A DNA stretch of 64,000 nucleotides from an uncultured Planctomycetota bacterium (GCA_963752285.1 CAVVXN010000005.1:800001-864000), one strand, 5' to 3'. Shown: positions 48,015 through 57,380, numbered from the stretch's first letter. Numbers and translations: made by a program. The notes: generated from the sequence alone by a model not told the origin.

Positions 48015-49211
48015 TCAGGCGTCGGCCTGGAGGAGGAGGCCGGAGAGGTAGCGGCCCTCCGGGGCCGCCAGGAGCACGGGGTGGTCGGGTCCGGCGGACA
48101 GCTCCCGGAGCACGCGGAGGGGGCGGCGACACTCGCGCGCCGCGGAGGCGACCATCTCCGCGAGCCGAGACGCACCCAATGCGTGGGTGCACGAGAAGGT
48201 CGCCAGCAGGCCGTGCGGAGCGAGCCGGGTGAGCGCCTGCACGGTCAGGTCGCGCCACATCTTCGTCCCGGCCGCCGTGCGGGTCCGTCGCGGCAGGAGG
48301 TTCGGCGGGTCGAGCACGATCACGTCGAACACGCGATCCTCGTCCTTCAGCGCGCGGAGCGCCACGCGCACGTCCTCCACGCGGGTGGCCATCCGCGCGT
48401 CCACGCCGTTTCGCGCGGCGTTGTGGAGCGCGGTCTCGGCCTGGCGGGCCGACGACTCGACGAGGAGCGCCGATCGCGCGCCGGACCGGAGCGCCTGGAG
48501 CGAGAACCCGCCCGTACCCGCGAAGAGGTCCAGCACGTCGCGGCCCTTCGCGAGCGCGGCGACGACCCGTCGGTTCTCCCGCTGGTCGGCGTAGTGCCCG
48601 GTCTTCTGACCGTGGCGTGGGTCGATCTCGAGCTCCATGCCCTCCTCGCGTGCGATGACGCGCTCCGGCGCGGGCTCGCCCGCCTCGAAGGAGACGTCGG
48701 TCTCGAGGATCCCTTCCTCCGCCTCGAAGCCCCCCGCGCGCGCCACGAGCGAGCGCGCGCCCGACGACGAGAGGAGCAGGTCGGACAGCGCTCCGCGGCG
48801 CCGGTGCATCGCGGCCGTCGCGAACACCGCGACCAGGACGTCGCCCGCGCGGTCCACCACGAGCCCCGGCAGCCCGTCTCCCTCGGCGTGCACCAGACGG
48901 TAGGCGTTCGTCTCTGCGGGATCGGGAAACAGGGCGCGGCGCAGCGCGACGGCCCGCTCGACCCGATCTCGGAGCACGTCGAGCACGGGCGCGGCGCCCA
49001 GCGTCCGGTCGAAGAGGCGCACGCGGATCGCCGAGCCGCCCGAGAAGAAGCCGCGCCCGATCTCGCGGCCCTCGGCGTCGGCGACACGCACCACGTCCGG
49101 CTCGTCCGCGAGGGGGACGCCGTGGACCTCGGCGACGGACGACGCGTGGACCCAGGGGTGACCCGCCCACAGCGGACGAGCCCGGCCCTTCTGGACGACC
49201 ACGGTGCGCAT
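48015..49211 (-). CDS. Class I SAM-dependent rRNA methyltransferase (RlmI-like)
   Basis: GHPWV PUA domain, RLVHAEGDGLPGLVVDR, GQKTGHYADQRENR, VLDLFAGTGGF, IVLDPP, FSC. Confidence 0.9.
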   Translation of the reverse strand: MRTVVVQKGRARPLWAGHPWVHASSVAEVHGVPLADEPDVVRVADAEGREIGRGFFSGGSAIRVRLFDRTLGAAPVLDVLRDRVERAVALRRALFPDPAETNAYRLVHAEGDGLPGLVVDRAGDVLVAVFATAAMHRRRGALSDLLLSSSGARSLVARAGGFEAEEGILETDVSFEAGEPAPERVIAREEGMELEIDPRHGQKTGHYADQRENRRVVAALAKGRDVLDLFAGTGGFSLQALRSGARSALLVESSARQAETALHNAARNGVDARMATRVEDVRVALRALKDEDRVFDVIVLDPPNLLPRRTRTAAGTKMWRDLTVQALTRLAPHGLLATFSCTHALGASRLAEMVASAARECRRPLRVLRELSAGPDHPVLLAAPEGRYLSGLLLQADA

Positions 49212-49255
49212 CGGGCCCAGCATGACACCGGCGGCGTCCGAAGGCTCCCCGCGCG

Positions 49256-49732
49256 TCAGCGCATCGCGTCGCGCATGCGGCGCCGGTCGTCCTTCTCGCG
49301 CTCGCGCGCCCGGTGGTCGGCTTTGCGGCGGCCCTGGGCGAGCGCGAGCTCCACCTTCACCCGGACGCCCTTGAAGTAGAGCGACAGCGGGATCATCGTC
49401 GTGCCTGCCGCCTCGAGGCCCTCCTCGATCGTCCTCAGCTCGCGGCGGTGGACCAGGCACTTGCGGGGGCGGTCGGGCTCGTGGCCGAAGCTCGCGGCCT
49501 GCGAGAGCGGAGGGATGTGCACCCCGTGGAGCCAGAGCTCGTCGTCGCGCAGGCGCGCATAGCCCTCGCGGATCGTGGCCCCGTTCTGTCGGAGCGAGCG
49601 CACCTCGCTGCCCTGGAGCACGAGGCCGGCCTCGACCTTGCCGAGCAGCAGGTAGTCGTGCCGCGCCCGGCGGTTCGTCGCCAGGACGCGACGACCGCCC
49701 TTCTCGTCGGACGCGGGGCTCGACTTCGTCAT
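49256..49732 (-). CDS. smpB: SsrA-binding protein
   Basis: NRRARHDY, EAGLVLQGSEVRSLR, HEPDRPRK, KVELALAQGRRKADHR. Confidence 0.96.
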   Translation of the reverse strand: MTKSSPASDEKGGRRVLATNRRARHDYLLLGKVEAGLVLQGSEVRSLRQNGATIREGYARLRDDELWLHGVHIPPLSQAASFGHEPDRPRKCLVHRRELRTIEEGLEAAGTTMIPLSLYFKGVRVKVELALAQGRRKADHRAREREKDDRRRMRDAMR

Positions 49733-49755
49733 CGGCGTATCCTACGGGGCCCGAC

Positions 49756-50967
49756 ATGACCGCCCCCCGCCCGACGTCGATCGCTTCCGGGCCCCACCGA
49801 CGCGCGGCGGTCCGGGGGGGAGCCGGCGACCCGCGGTGGGCACCGCCCGTCCGCGCGCCCCGGCGTCCGTCCTCGACGGCGGGCTTGGGCACGGCGCTCG
49901 TGGCCCTCGCGCTGGCCGCCTGCCAGGGCGCCGGAGGCGGCGCGGCGGACGCGGCGCCGGCGCCGTGGCGTCCCGCGCCCCGCCTCGTGGGCGCACGACT
50001 TTTGGACTTCGCGGGCGTGTCGCCCGAGGCGCGCGGCTGGTCCCAGGTGGACGGCCTCTTCTGGGTACCGCGCGAGGAGGCCGGCTCCTGGGGACGCGGA
50101 CTCGTCCTCGTGAACGACGCGTGGACGCCGGCCGGCGAGGCACCGGCCCTCGCCACGTCGGCCGCGGACGGCTACCTGGTCCGCACGGACCACGTGAGCC
50201 TCCGCACGAACGCGCGCTGGCGGACGGGCGCCTCCCTCGCGCGCGCCGCCGAAGACCACGTGCGGCGCGTCTTCGCCGCCTGGGGCGACGCGCTCGACCT
50301 CCGGTTCCCGGACGGGCCGCTGCCTGTCGTCGTCCACGCGCGCCGCGCCGAGCTCGTTCGGGCTCTCGCGGGCGCCCTGCCGGAAGGTCCCGCGTACGGG
50401 GCGTTCTACGACGCACGCACCGGCGTGGTCCACGTGTGCGTCGAACCCGCGCCCGAGGGCGCGTTGCCCGTCGTGGCCGACCTCCGGCACGAGCTGACGC
50501 ATCAGATCCTCGATCTCTCGAGCCGGAGGTCGGGACTCGCCACGCCGCCCCCCCATCACCTCTGGCTCTGGGAGGGGTTCGCCGTGGCGAGCGAGACGCT
50601 CGGCGACACGGCCGGCGAGGACGCGGGCGGGCTCCGCCGGGCGCGGCTGTCGCTTCGCGCCCGCCGCGGCGAGCTCGAGCCCCTCTCGCGGCTCTTCCGC
50701 CTCGCTCCCGCCGAGTTCGAAGGCCGTCACTACGACGAGGCCGGCGCGCTCGTCTCCTTCCTCCTCGCGGACGGCGTGCCGGGCGGTCGGCGCGCGGTGC
50801 TCGACACGCTCGCCGACCTGCTCGCGGGACACGCGACCGCCGGCGACTTCGTGGGCCGCCTGGGCACCGCCCCCGCCGAGCTCGAGCGCCGCTGGCGCGC
50901 GAGCGGGACGACGGGCGCGCCACTCGCCACGGGTTCGCCCGCGGGGGGTGCGGAGGGGCGCGGCTGA
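49756..50967 (+). CDS. Lipoprotein with zincin-like HEXXH domain (DUF1570-like)
   Basis: LALAAC lipobox; YGAFYD, HELTHQ, WLWEGFA; start uncertain. Confidence 0.7.
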   Translation: MTAPRPTSIASGPHRRAAVRGGAGDPRWAPPVRAPRRPSSTAGLGTALVALALAACQGAGGGAADAAPAPWRPAPRLVGARLLDFAGVSPEARGWSQVDGLFWVPREEAGSWGRGLVLVNDAWTPAGEAPALATSAADGYLVRTDHVSLRTNARWRTGASLARAAEDHVRRVFAAWGDALDLRFPDGPLPVVVHARRAELVRALAGALPEGPAYGAFYDARTGVVHVCVEPAPEGALPVVADLRHELTHQILDLSSRRSGLATPPPHHLWLWEGFAVASETLGDTAGEDAGGLRRARLSLRARRGELEPLSRLFRLAPAEFEGRHYDEAGALVSFLLADGVPGGRRAVLDTLADLLAGHATAGDFVGRLGTAPAELERRWRASGTTGAPLATGSPAGGAEGRG

Positions 50968-50969
50968 CA

Positions 50970-51167
50970 GGCTCCGGCGCTGCGCGGGGATCGCGGGGAG
51001 GGCGGGCGCGGGCGTGGGGGGCGGGCTCCCCCGCTGCGCGGGGATCGCGGGGGCGCGGCGGGCGGGCTCCCCCGCTGCGCGGGGATCGCGCGGGCGCCGC
51101 GGGCGGGCTCCCCCGCTGCGCGGGGATCGCGGGGGCGCCGCGGGCGGGCTCCCCCGCTGCGCGGGGA
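50970..51167. repeat. Tandem array of a 41-bp G-rich unit (about 3.6 copies plus a degenerate copy)
   Basis: GCGGGCTCCCCCGCTGCGCGGGGATCGCG... at 51021, 51062, 51103 and 51144; core CGCTGCGCGGGGATCGCG also at 50978. Confidence 0.9.
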
Positions 51168-51187
51168 CGGGGGGACGCGGAGCGTAG

Positions 51188-51985
51188 TGGAGGCGGGGGA
51201 GGCTCCCCCGCGGGGTGGGGCGCGCGGGCGAATGGGGCGACGGCGTACGGAGGCGGGGGGTGGGCGTTTGGCCCTTGGGCGCGGGGGAGCATTACTTCTC
51301 TCCCCCCGCCTCCTGGATCGGGGCTCGCGGTCGAGCGGGGCTTGGCGTACGTCCGGACCTTGTGATCGACGGTGGGTGGTGGGGATGGAGGCGGGGGAGG
51401 CTCCCCCGCGGGGTGGGGCGCGCGGGCGAATGGGGCGACGGCGTACGGAGGCGGGGCGTGGGCGTTTGGCCCTTGGGCGCGGGGGAGCATTACTTCTCTC
51501 CCCCCGCCTCTTGCATCGGGGCTCGCGGCCGAGCGGGGCTTGGCGTACGTCCGGACCTTGTGATCGACGGTGGGTGGTGGAGATGGAGGCGGGGGAGGCT
51601 CCCCCGCGGGGTGGGGCGCGCGGGCGAATGGGGCGACGGCGTACGGAGGCGGGGCGTGGGCGTTTGGCCCTTGGGCGCGGGGGAGCATTACTTCTCTCCC
51701 CCCGCCTCTTGCATCGGGGCTCGCGGTCGAGCGGGGCTTGGCGTACGGACGGGCCTTGTGATCGACGGTGGGTGGTGGAGATGGAGGCGGGGGAGGCTCC
51801 CCCGCGGGGTGGGGCGCGCGGGCGAATGGGGCGACGGCGTACGGAGGCGGGGGGTGGGCGTTTGGCCCTTGGGCGCGGGGGAGCATTACTTCTCTCCCCC
51901 CGCCTCCTGGATCGGGGCTCGCGGTCGAGCGGGGCTTGGCGTACGGACGGGCCTTGAGATCGACGGTGGGTGGTGGAGGCGGGGG
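51188..51985. repeat. Four 198-bp tandem repeats abutting and overlapping the tmRNA 3' end
   Basis: TGGAGGCGGGGG recurs at 51188, 51386, 51584, 51782 (period 198) and at 51974 (inside ssrA); copies nearly identical. Confidence 0.95.
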
Positions 51986-52330
51986 GAATTGCACCCCCGT
52001 CCCGAGATGGGTGAGCGGGCGTCACTACGCGCGTAGTCCGAGGTTTGAGGTCTCGCTCTCGGGGACGCCCTCGGACGGGCTTCCCTTCGGGCCAGCGGGT
52101 GAAGTCTCGCTGCCCCTTCGACCCGCGGCGAAGGGGCGGCCAGCCTGCGTTATGGCGGCCGTACGTCCCCCGCAGACAGAGGGACGGGGCCGCGCCACCT
52201 GACTAGGCGGCGAGAGCGTAGTTGCTGTTGGCAACTGAGGTTCCAGGGGAGGTTGTTGACGAGGTCCGACCCTGGGTACCCCGGCGCGCGACGCAAACCC
52301 ACCGACATCCGGTCGATTCTGTTCGCCCCC
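51971..52330 (-). ncRNA. ssrA: tmRNA (transfer-messenger RNA), tag peptide (A)ANSNYALAA*
   Basis: 5' GGGGGCGAACAGAATCGAC; 3' GACGGGGGTGCAATTCCCCCCGCCTCCACCA with G3-U acceptor pair; tag frame 52232-52203 GCC AAC AGC AAC TAC GCT CTC GCC GCC TAG; 360 nt; smpB nearby. Confidence 0.95.
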
Positions 52331-52391
52331 ACGCGGAGCGTTCGTCCGGTGCCGGGGCCGCGGCTCGCGGTCCCGACTGCCAAAGAGCGAC

Positions 52392-52943
52392 CTACATCCT
52401 ACCCCGCGACGGGTGGTCGCGGCTCGCGGGCTCTGCGACGAGGGCCACCTGGAGGGCGTCGGCCGCCGCCGCGTCGTACGCCACCAAAAGCACGCGCCGG
52501 GGATGATCGTGCTCGTCGAGGAACGCGCGGACCGCGCCGACCGCGACGCGCGCGGCGTCGGACGCCGGGTACCCGAACACGCCCGTCGAGATCGCGGGGA
52601 ACGCGATCGTCTCCAGGGTCTTCGCCCGGGCGAGCTCGAGCGACCGCCGGTAGCACGAGGCCAGAAGCTCCGCCTCGCCGCGGGCTCCGCCCTGCCACAC
52701 CGGCCCGACCGCGTGGATCACCCACCGCGCCCGGAGCGCGAACCCGGGCGTCATCCGCGCATCCCCCACCGGGCACGGCGCGGCCCGCGCGCACGCCGCC
52801 CTGAGGTCCCGTCCCGCCGCGCGGTGGATCGCCCCGCACACGCCACCGCCCGGCGCGAGCGCCTCGTTCGCCGCGTTGACGATCGCGTCCACGTCGAGCC
52901 GCGTGATGTCACCGATCACGACCTCGACGCGCTCGTCGTTCAC
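52392..52943 (-). CDS. Macro domain protein (O-acetyl-ADP-ribose deacetylase, YmdB-like)
   Basis: GDITRLDVDAIVNAAN, GGGVCGAIHRAAG, IHAVGP, AFPAISTGVFGYP. Confidence 0.93.
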   Translation of the reverse strand: MNDERVEVVIGDITRLDVDAIVNAANEALAPGGGVCGAIHRAAGRDLRAACARAAPCPVGDARMTPGFALRARWVIHAVGPVWQGGARGEAELLASCYRRSLELARAKTLETIAFPAISTGVFGYPASDAARVAVGAVRAFLDEHDHPRRVLLVAYDAAAADALQVALVAEPASRDHPSRGRM

Positions 52944-54988
52944 GTCTCGGACTCCTTCTTGTGCTCGAGCCTCGTGGGCGCCGCCGCCCCCGAGGGGGGC
53001 GCGGCGAGCGCCTCCTCGCAGCGTAGCGCGAGGGTGCGGGCCGCTTCGTCGCCGGGCAGCGTGCGTGCGACCTCGAGCGCCTCGGCCGGGCGTCCCGCCT
53101 GGAGCAGGTCCAAGGCCCGCTCGAACGTCCGCGCCGCGTCGAGGGTCGCCGCGTCCACCGCCCCCACGCGGCCGAGCAGCTCGTGCACGTGGACCGCACC
53201 GTGCCGCCCCTTCACGGCGACGTGGTCGATCCGCCGCCAGAGGAAGTCCGGGCCGGCCGCCTCGACGGTGGCCGTCGGGGCGAGGACCGTCGTCCCGAAG
53301 TGGCCGTTCGCCCCCTCGAGCCGGCTCGCGAGGTTCATCGTGTCGCCGAGCGCCGTGTAGTGCAGTCGCGACGGCGAGCCGACGTTCCCGACGACCACCG
53401 GCCCGGTCGCGAGGCCGAACCGCGTGGGGAGCGGCGGACGACCTGCGGCCTCGAAGTCCGCGTTCAGCCGGTCGAGCCGCGCGCGGCAGGCAAGGACCGC
53501 GGACGTCGCGCGCGCGGCGTGGGCCGGCTCGGGACGGGGCGCGCCCCAGAACGCCACGATCGCGTCGCCGACGAGCTTGTCGATCGTCGCGCCCTCGTCA
53601 CGGAGGGTGTCGATCATCGCGCCGAAGTACTCGCTCATGTGCGAGACGAGGTCGGCGGGCGTCATCTGCTCTGCGATCCCGGTGAAGCCGCGTACGTCGG
53701 TGAAGAGCACCGTGGCCTCGACCGTGCGACCTCCGATGCGCGCGGCCTCGCCGCGGTCGAGCAGGTCGCGCACGACGTCCGTGGGCACGTACCGGGCGAA
53801 CGAGTCGAGGGCCTGGCGCATGCGCTCCTGGGCGTCGTAGAGCCCTTGGACCTCGCGGATCCGGCTCGGCGGATGCGGGTGGGGCGCCGTGTCGAGACGT
53901 CGGATCCGGTCGCTCTGCTCCGCGAGATCCTCGAGGGGCCGACCGTACCGACGTGCGAGCGCGAGGGCGAGCCCCGCCGCGAAGCCCAGCGCGAGGACGC
54001 CGAGCCCGAGGACCACGAGGCGGTTCTTGCGCGCCGGGCCCAGGAAGTCCTCGAGCGGCGCGGCGATCCCGACGTCGAAGCGCGTGTCCTCGTCGAGGGC
54101 CAACGCGCGGCACTCGCCCCACCACGTCGCGCCCTCGCTCTCGAACGCGAACGGCGCGCCGCCGCGGCCGACGCCGTCGCGGAGGAGCCGCGCCGCGGTC
54201 GGGAGGCGCAGGTCCTCGAGCGGGGTCAGGATCGCCGCCTCGCGCGCACCGGGGTCGGCGAAGCGATCGGCCCGCGGCAGCCCCACCACGCGGTGCTCGG
54301 GCTCCGTGGCGACGATCGCGAACCCGCCCGCGCTCACGTCCAGGGTGGTCGTGAACGTCGAGAGGTCGCCGAGGAGCACGTCGAACGCCACCACGAACGT
54401 CGCGCCGTCCGGCCCGTTCACCGTGAGGGACGCCGTGAGCCCGGGCCGCTTCGACGTGAAGAAGACGTACGGCTCCGTCCAGCGCACCCGCGCCGCACCC
54501 GCGGTCCGGTACCACGGCCGCGTGCGGGGGTCGAAGTCCGAGTCCTCGAACCAGGGCTCGGCGGCCGCGCCCGCGCCGAGACGGTGGAACCGCGCCCGAC
54601 GTCCCCACGTCGTGGGATCGACCTCGCGCACGAGCCACCCCTCGCCCTCGCGCAGGAACGACACGCCGCCGCCCTCGGCGTCGCCGGTCAAGAACCCCGC
54701 GACCTGGGGCAGACCTTCGAGCACCGGGACCACGACGGGCTCGAGGCACGTGGCGCCGCGGCACCGGATCGTCCCGTTCTTCGCCCAGCGGCCGACCACG
54801 GCGAGCTGGTCCGTGATCGGGTCGAAGAGGCGATGCAGGCGGGTTTCCGTGCGGTCGGCCAGCGTGCGCGTGAAGCCGCGCACCACCTCCTGGACCGTGT
54901 CGCGCGCCCCCACCCCCATCACGAAGAGGATCGCGCCCGAGAGGAGCAAGATCAGCACCAGGAGCGAGCGGAGGAGGCTCCGCCGCAT
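52940..54988 (-). CDS. Membrane-bound class III adenylate/guanylate cyclase (Cache-HAMP-cyclase)
   Basis: TM helix, DPRTRPWY/WTEPY Cache motifs, second TM, HAMP, LFTDVRGFT, DKLVGDA, YTALGDTMNLASRLEG. Confidence 0.92.
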   Translation of the reverse strand: MRRSLLRSLLVLILLLSGAILFVMGVGARDTVQEVVRGFTRTLADRTETRLHRLFDPITDQLAVVGRWAKNGTIRCRGATCLEPVVVPVLEGLPQVAGFLTGDAEGGGVSFLREGEGWLVREVDPTTWGRRARFHRLGAGAAAEPWFEDSDFDPRTRPWYRTAGAARVRWTEPYVFFTSKRPGLTASLTVNGPDGATFVVAFDVLLGDLSTFTTTLDVSAGGFAIVATEPEHRVVGLPRADRFADPGAREAAILTPLEDLRLPTAARLLRDGVGRGGAPFAFESEGATWWGECRALALDEDTRFDVGIAAPLEDFLGPARKNRLVVLGLGVLALGFAAGLALALARRYGRPLEDLAEQSDRIRRLDTAPHPHPPSRIREVQGLYDAQERMRQALDSFARYVPTDVVRDLLDRGEAARIGGRTVEATVLFTDVRGFTGIAEQMTPADLVSHMSEYFGAMIDTLRDEGATIDKLVGDAIVAFWGAPRPEPAHAARATSAVLACRARLDRLNADFEAAGRPPLPTRFGLATGPVVVGNVGSPSRLHYTALGDTMNLASRLEGANGHFGTTVLAPTATVEAAGPDFLWRRIDHVAVKGRHGAVHVHELLGRVGAVDAATLDAARTFERALDLLQAGRPAEALEVARTLPGDEAARTLALRCEEALAAPPSGAAAPTRLEHKKESET

Positions 54989-55158
54989 CGGGACGGTGCC
55001 GCGGCGAAGGAACGCCAGGGGTGACGGCATGCGTCCTTCGGGCTCCTCGGACCGGGAGAGACGGCGCGGCGCCCGCCGAGTCTACGCGTGGAGCCCGACC
55101 CCGGGTCACGCCGCGCGATCGGGCTTGCGCACGCCCCGCGCGGCCGGAGGATCACGGC

Positions 55159-56124
55159 GTGTCGTCCCCCCGTGCCCCGCTCCGTGTCGCCGTCGTCGGC
55201 GCCCGACGCGTGCGCCAGGGCACCGGGCCGTTCCTCGCACGTTTCCTCCACGAGGCCGGCGCGAAGGTCGTCCTCGTCGTCGGGACGAGCGAAGGCTCGC
55301 TCGCGACCGCGCGAGACGACCTCGCCGCGGCCGGGATCGCCGCCGCCGGCCGTCTGGTCGAGGACGGGCTCCGCCCCGAGGACGAGCTCGATCTCGTCGT
55401 GATCGCCTCGCCTCCGGCGACGCACGCGCACTGGCTCGATCGCGCGTTCTCGCTCCGCGCGCACGCGCTCTGCGAGAAGCCGCTCCTCGAGGGACCCGGC
55501 GCGGGGACCGCCGCGTGGGATCGCGCGCGCGCCTTCCAGCGCGCCGGGCTCCACCTGGTCGTCGCGGCGCAGTGGCCGCGCACGCTCCCGACGTTCGACG
55601 CGCTCCACCCGGGGGTCCTCGCCCGCCCACCGCGTCGCTTCTCGATGCACCTGGCACCGACCGTCTCCGGTCCGGCGATGGTCCCCGACTCCCTTCCCCA
55701 CCCGCTGAGCCTCCTCTACGCGGCCGTCCCCGACCCCGAGCCGCGACTCGAAGACGTGGAGGTCCGGCCGGGCGACGCCGAGGGGCGGAGCGCCACGATC
55801 CGCTTCACGTACGGCGCCGCGGGACACCGCGTCGAGGTCGAGGTGCGCCTCGCCTCGAGCGACCGCGTCCCCCGGCCCGCGGGCTACGCCTTCGACGGCC
55901 GGGCGGTCGAGCGCGAGATCGAGATGGCGGGCTATCGGCTCCGTCTCGCGGCCGACGGACGGCGCCTCCCCCTGCCCGACCCGCTTCGCGACTTGGCGTT
56001 CGACGTCGTCCGTCGCGTATCCTCCGCGGACCCGCCCCGCGTGGACCCCTCGGCCTGCCCCGGCATGCGGCACGTCCTCGAGGTCCTCGCCGCCTGGCCC
56101 GCCGGGGCGCCCGGAGATCGATGA
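55159..56124 (+). CDS. Gfo/Idh/MocA family oxidoreductase
   Basis: RVAVVGA, DLVVIASPPATH, LCEKPL; start uncertain. Confidence 0.75.
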   Translation: MSSPRAPLRVAVVGARRVRQGTGPFLARFLHEAGAKVVLVVGTSEGSLATARDDLAAAGIAAAGRLVEDGLRPEDELDLVVIASPPATHAHWLDRAFSLRAHALCEKPLLEGPGAGTAAWDRARAFQRAGLHLVVAAQWPRTLPTFDALHPGVLARPPRRFSMHLAPTVSGPAMVPDSLPHPLSLLYAAVPDPEPRLEDVEVRPGDAEGRSATIRFTYGAAGHRVEVEVRLASSDRVPRPAGYAFDGRAVEREIEMAGYRLRLAADGRRLPLPDPLRDLAFDVVRRVSSADPPRVDPSACPGMRHVLEVLAAWPAGAPGDR

Positions 56125-57380
56125 CCGGCCCCGTGCCCCGACCCGTCACGCCCCCGGCTCCGCTCCAAGCGGTCCACGACTTCGCCGGGAAGCTCCGGCA
56201 GGAGGCGTTCCTGCCGCGGTTGCGCGCGTACGTGCGCTGGCGCCGGGCCGTGCTCGACGCGCGCGCCGCGGGACGCCCCGACCCCGAGCCGCCCCCCTGG
56301 GCCCCGCTCTCGGTCAACCTCGACCTGACGACCGCGTGCAACTACGCGTGCGACCACTGCATCGACTGGGACGCCCTGAACCAACGCGTGTCCCACGACC
56401 ACGCACGGCTCGAGTCGTCCCTCGCGACCCTCGCCGCGCGCGGGACGAGGTCGGTGATCCTGATCGGAGGCGGCGAGCCCACCGTGTACCCCGGCTTCGG
56501 CCGGATCGTCCGGCACGCGAAGGACCTCGGCCTCGACGTCGCGGTGGTCTCGAACGGCAGCCGCAACGAGAAGATCCTGGAGGTCGCGGACCGCCTCGGC
56601 CCGAACGACTGGGTCCGTCTGAGCCTCGACGCCGGCACCGACGCGACGTTCCAGCGCATGCACCGTCCGAAGCGACGCGTCACGCTCGAGGCGATCTGCG
56701 CCGGCGTCCCGCCGATCCGAGCGCGGAACCCGGCGCCGCGCGTGGGCTTCTCGTTCGTCATCACGTGGGAGGGCGCCACGGGCGGGTCGAAGGCGCCGCT
56801 CGTCGAGAACGTGGACGAGATCCCGCTCGCGGCGCGCCTCGCGCGCGACCACGGGTTCGACTACCTCTCGCTGAAGCCCGTGCTGGTCCGCACGGACGGG
56901 GGCGCGGAGGTGATGGACCCCGCCTCCGCGCACGCCCGCCAGGACGCGCTGGTGGCGCGGATCCGCGCGCGGGTCGAGGAGGCGCGGGCGCTCGAGACGG
57001 ACGCGTTCCGCGTGGTCGAGAGCACGAACCTCGTCCTCCTCGAGAGCGGCGGGTGGCGGACGTGGACGCGGCAGCCGAAGACCTGTCACTTCCAGGCCTT
57101 CCGGCAGGTCCTGTCGCCGCTCGGGACCTGGAACTGCCCCGCGCACCGCGGCGTCGAGAAGGCGCGCGTCGGCGCGAAGGACGCCTGGGCCGGCGACGCC
57201 GAGGCGGACGGCGCGGTCCGGGCCACCTCCGCGCTCCTCGACGGCTTCGACGCGTCCGTGGAGTGCCGCGAGGTGACGTGCCTCTACCACGACGCGAACT
57301 GGTGGATCGACGGGCTCGTCGAGCGTCCCGAGGGCCTCGACGGGCTCACGCCCGCGCCGGGCGAGGACCACTTCCTGTGA
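56121..57380 (+). CDS. Radical SAM protein with Cys-containing (SPASM/twitch-like) C-terminus
   Basis: CNYACDHC (CxxxCxxC), IGGGEPT, VSNGS, WVRLSLDAG; C-terminal CHFQ..WNCPAH..CREVTC. Confidence 0.9.
   Translation: MTGPVPRPVTPPAPLQAVHDFAGKLRQEAFLPRLRAYVRWRRAVLDARAAGRPDPEPPPWAPLSVNLDLTTACNYACDHCIDWDALNQRVSHDHARLESSLATLAARGTRSVILIGGGEPTVYPGFGRIVRHAKDLGLDVAVVSNGSRNEKILEVADRLGPNDWVRLSLDAGTDATFQRMHRPKRRVTLEAICAGVPPIRARNPAPRVGFSFVITWEGATGGSKAPLVENVDEIPLAARLARDHGFDYLSLKPVLVRTDGGAEVMDPASAHARQDALVARIRARVEEARALETDAFRVVESTNLVLLESGGWRTWTRQPKTCHFQAFRQVLSPLGTWNCPAHRGVEKARVGAKDAWAGDAEADGAVRATSALLDGFDASVECREVTCLYHDANWWIDGLVERPEGLDGLTPAPGEDHFL

Noticed and set aside
50970..51985. 41-bp and 198-bp arrays as CRISPR or as protein-coding repeats (e.g. 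ORFs 51187..51957 and 49742..51994)
   Set aside because: No spacers. Open frames are expected from a 198-bp (66-codon) period at very high GC, and several frames on both strands are open with no RBS or recognisable domain
49756..51985. Integrated prophage/ICE at the ssrA 3' end
   Set aside because: Duplicated tmRNA 3' ends are present, but there is no integrase or other mobile gene and no evident compositional shift
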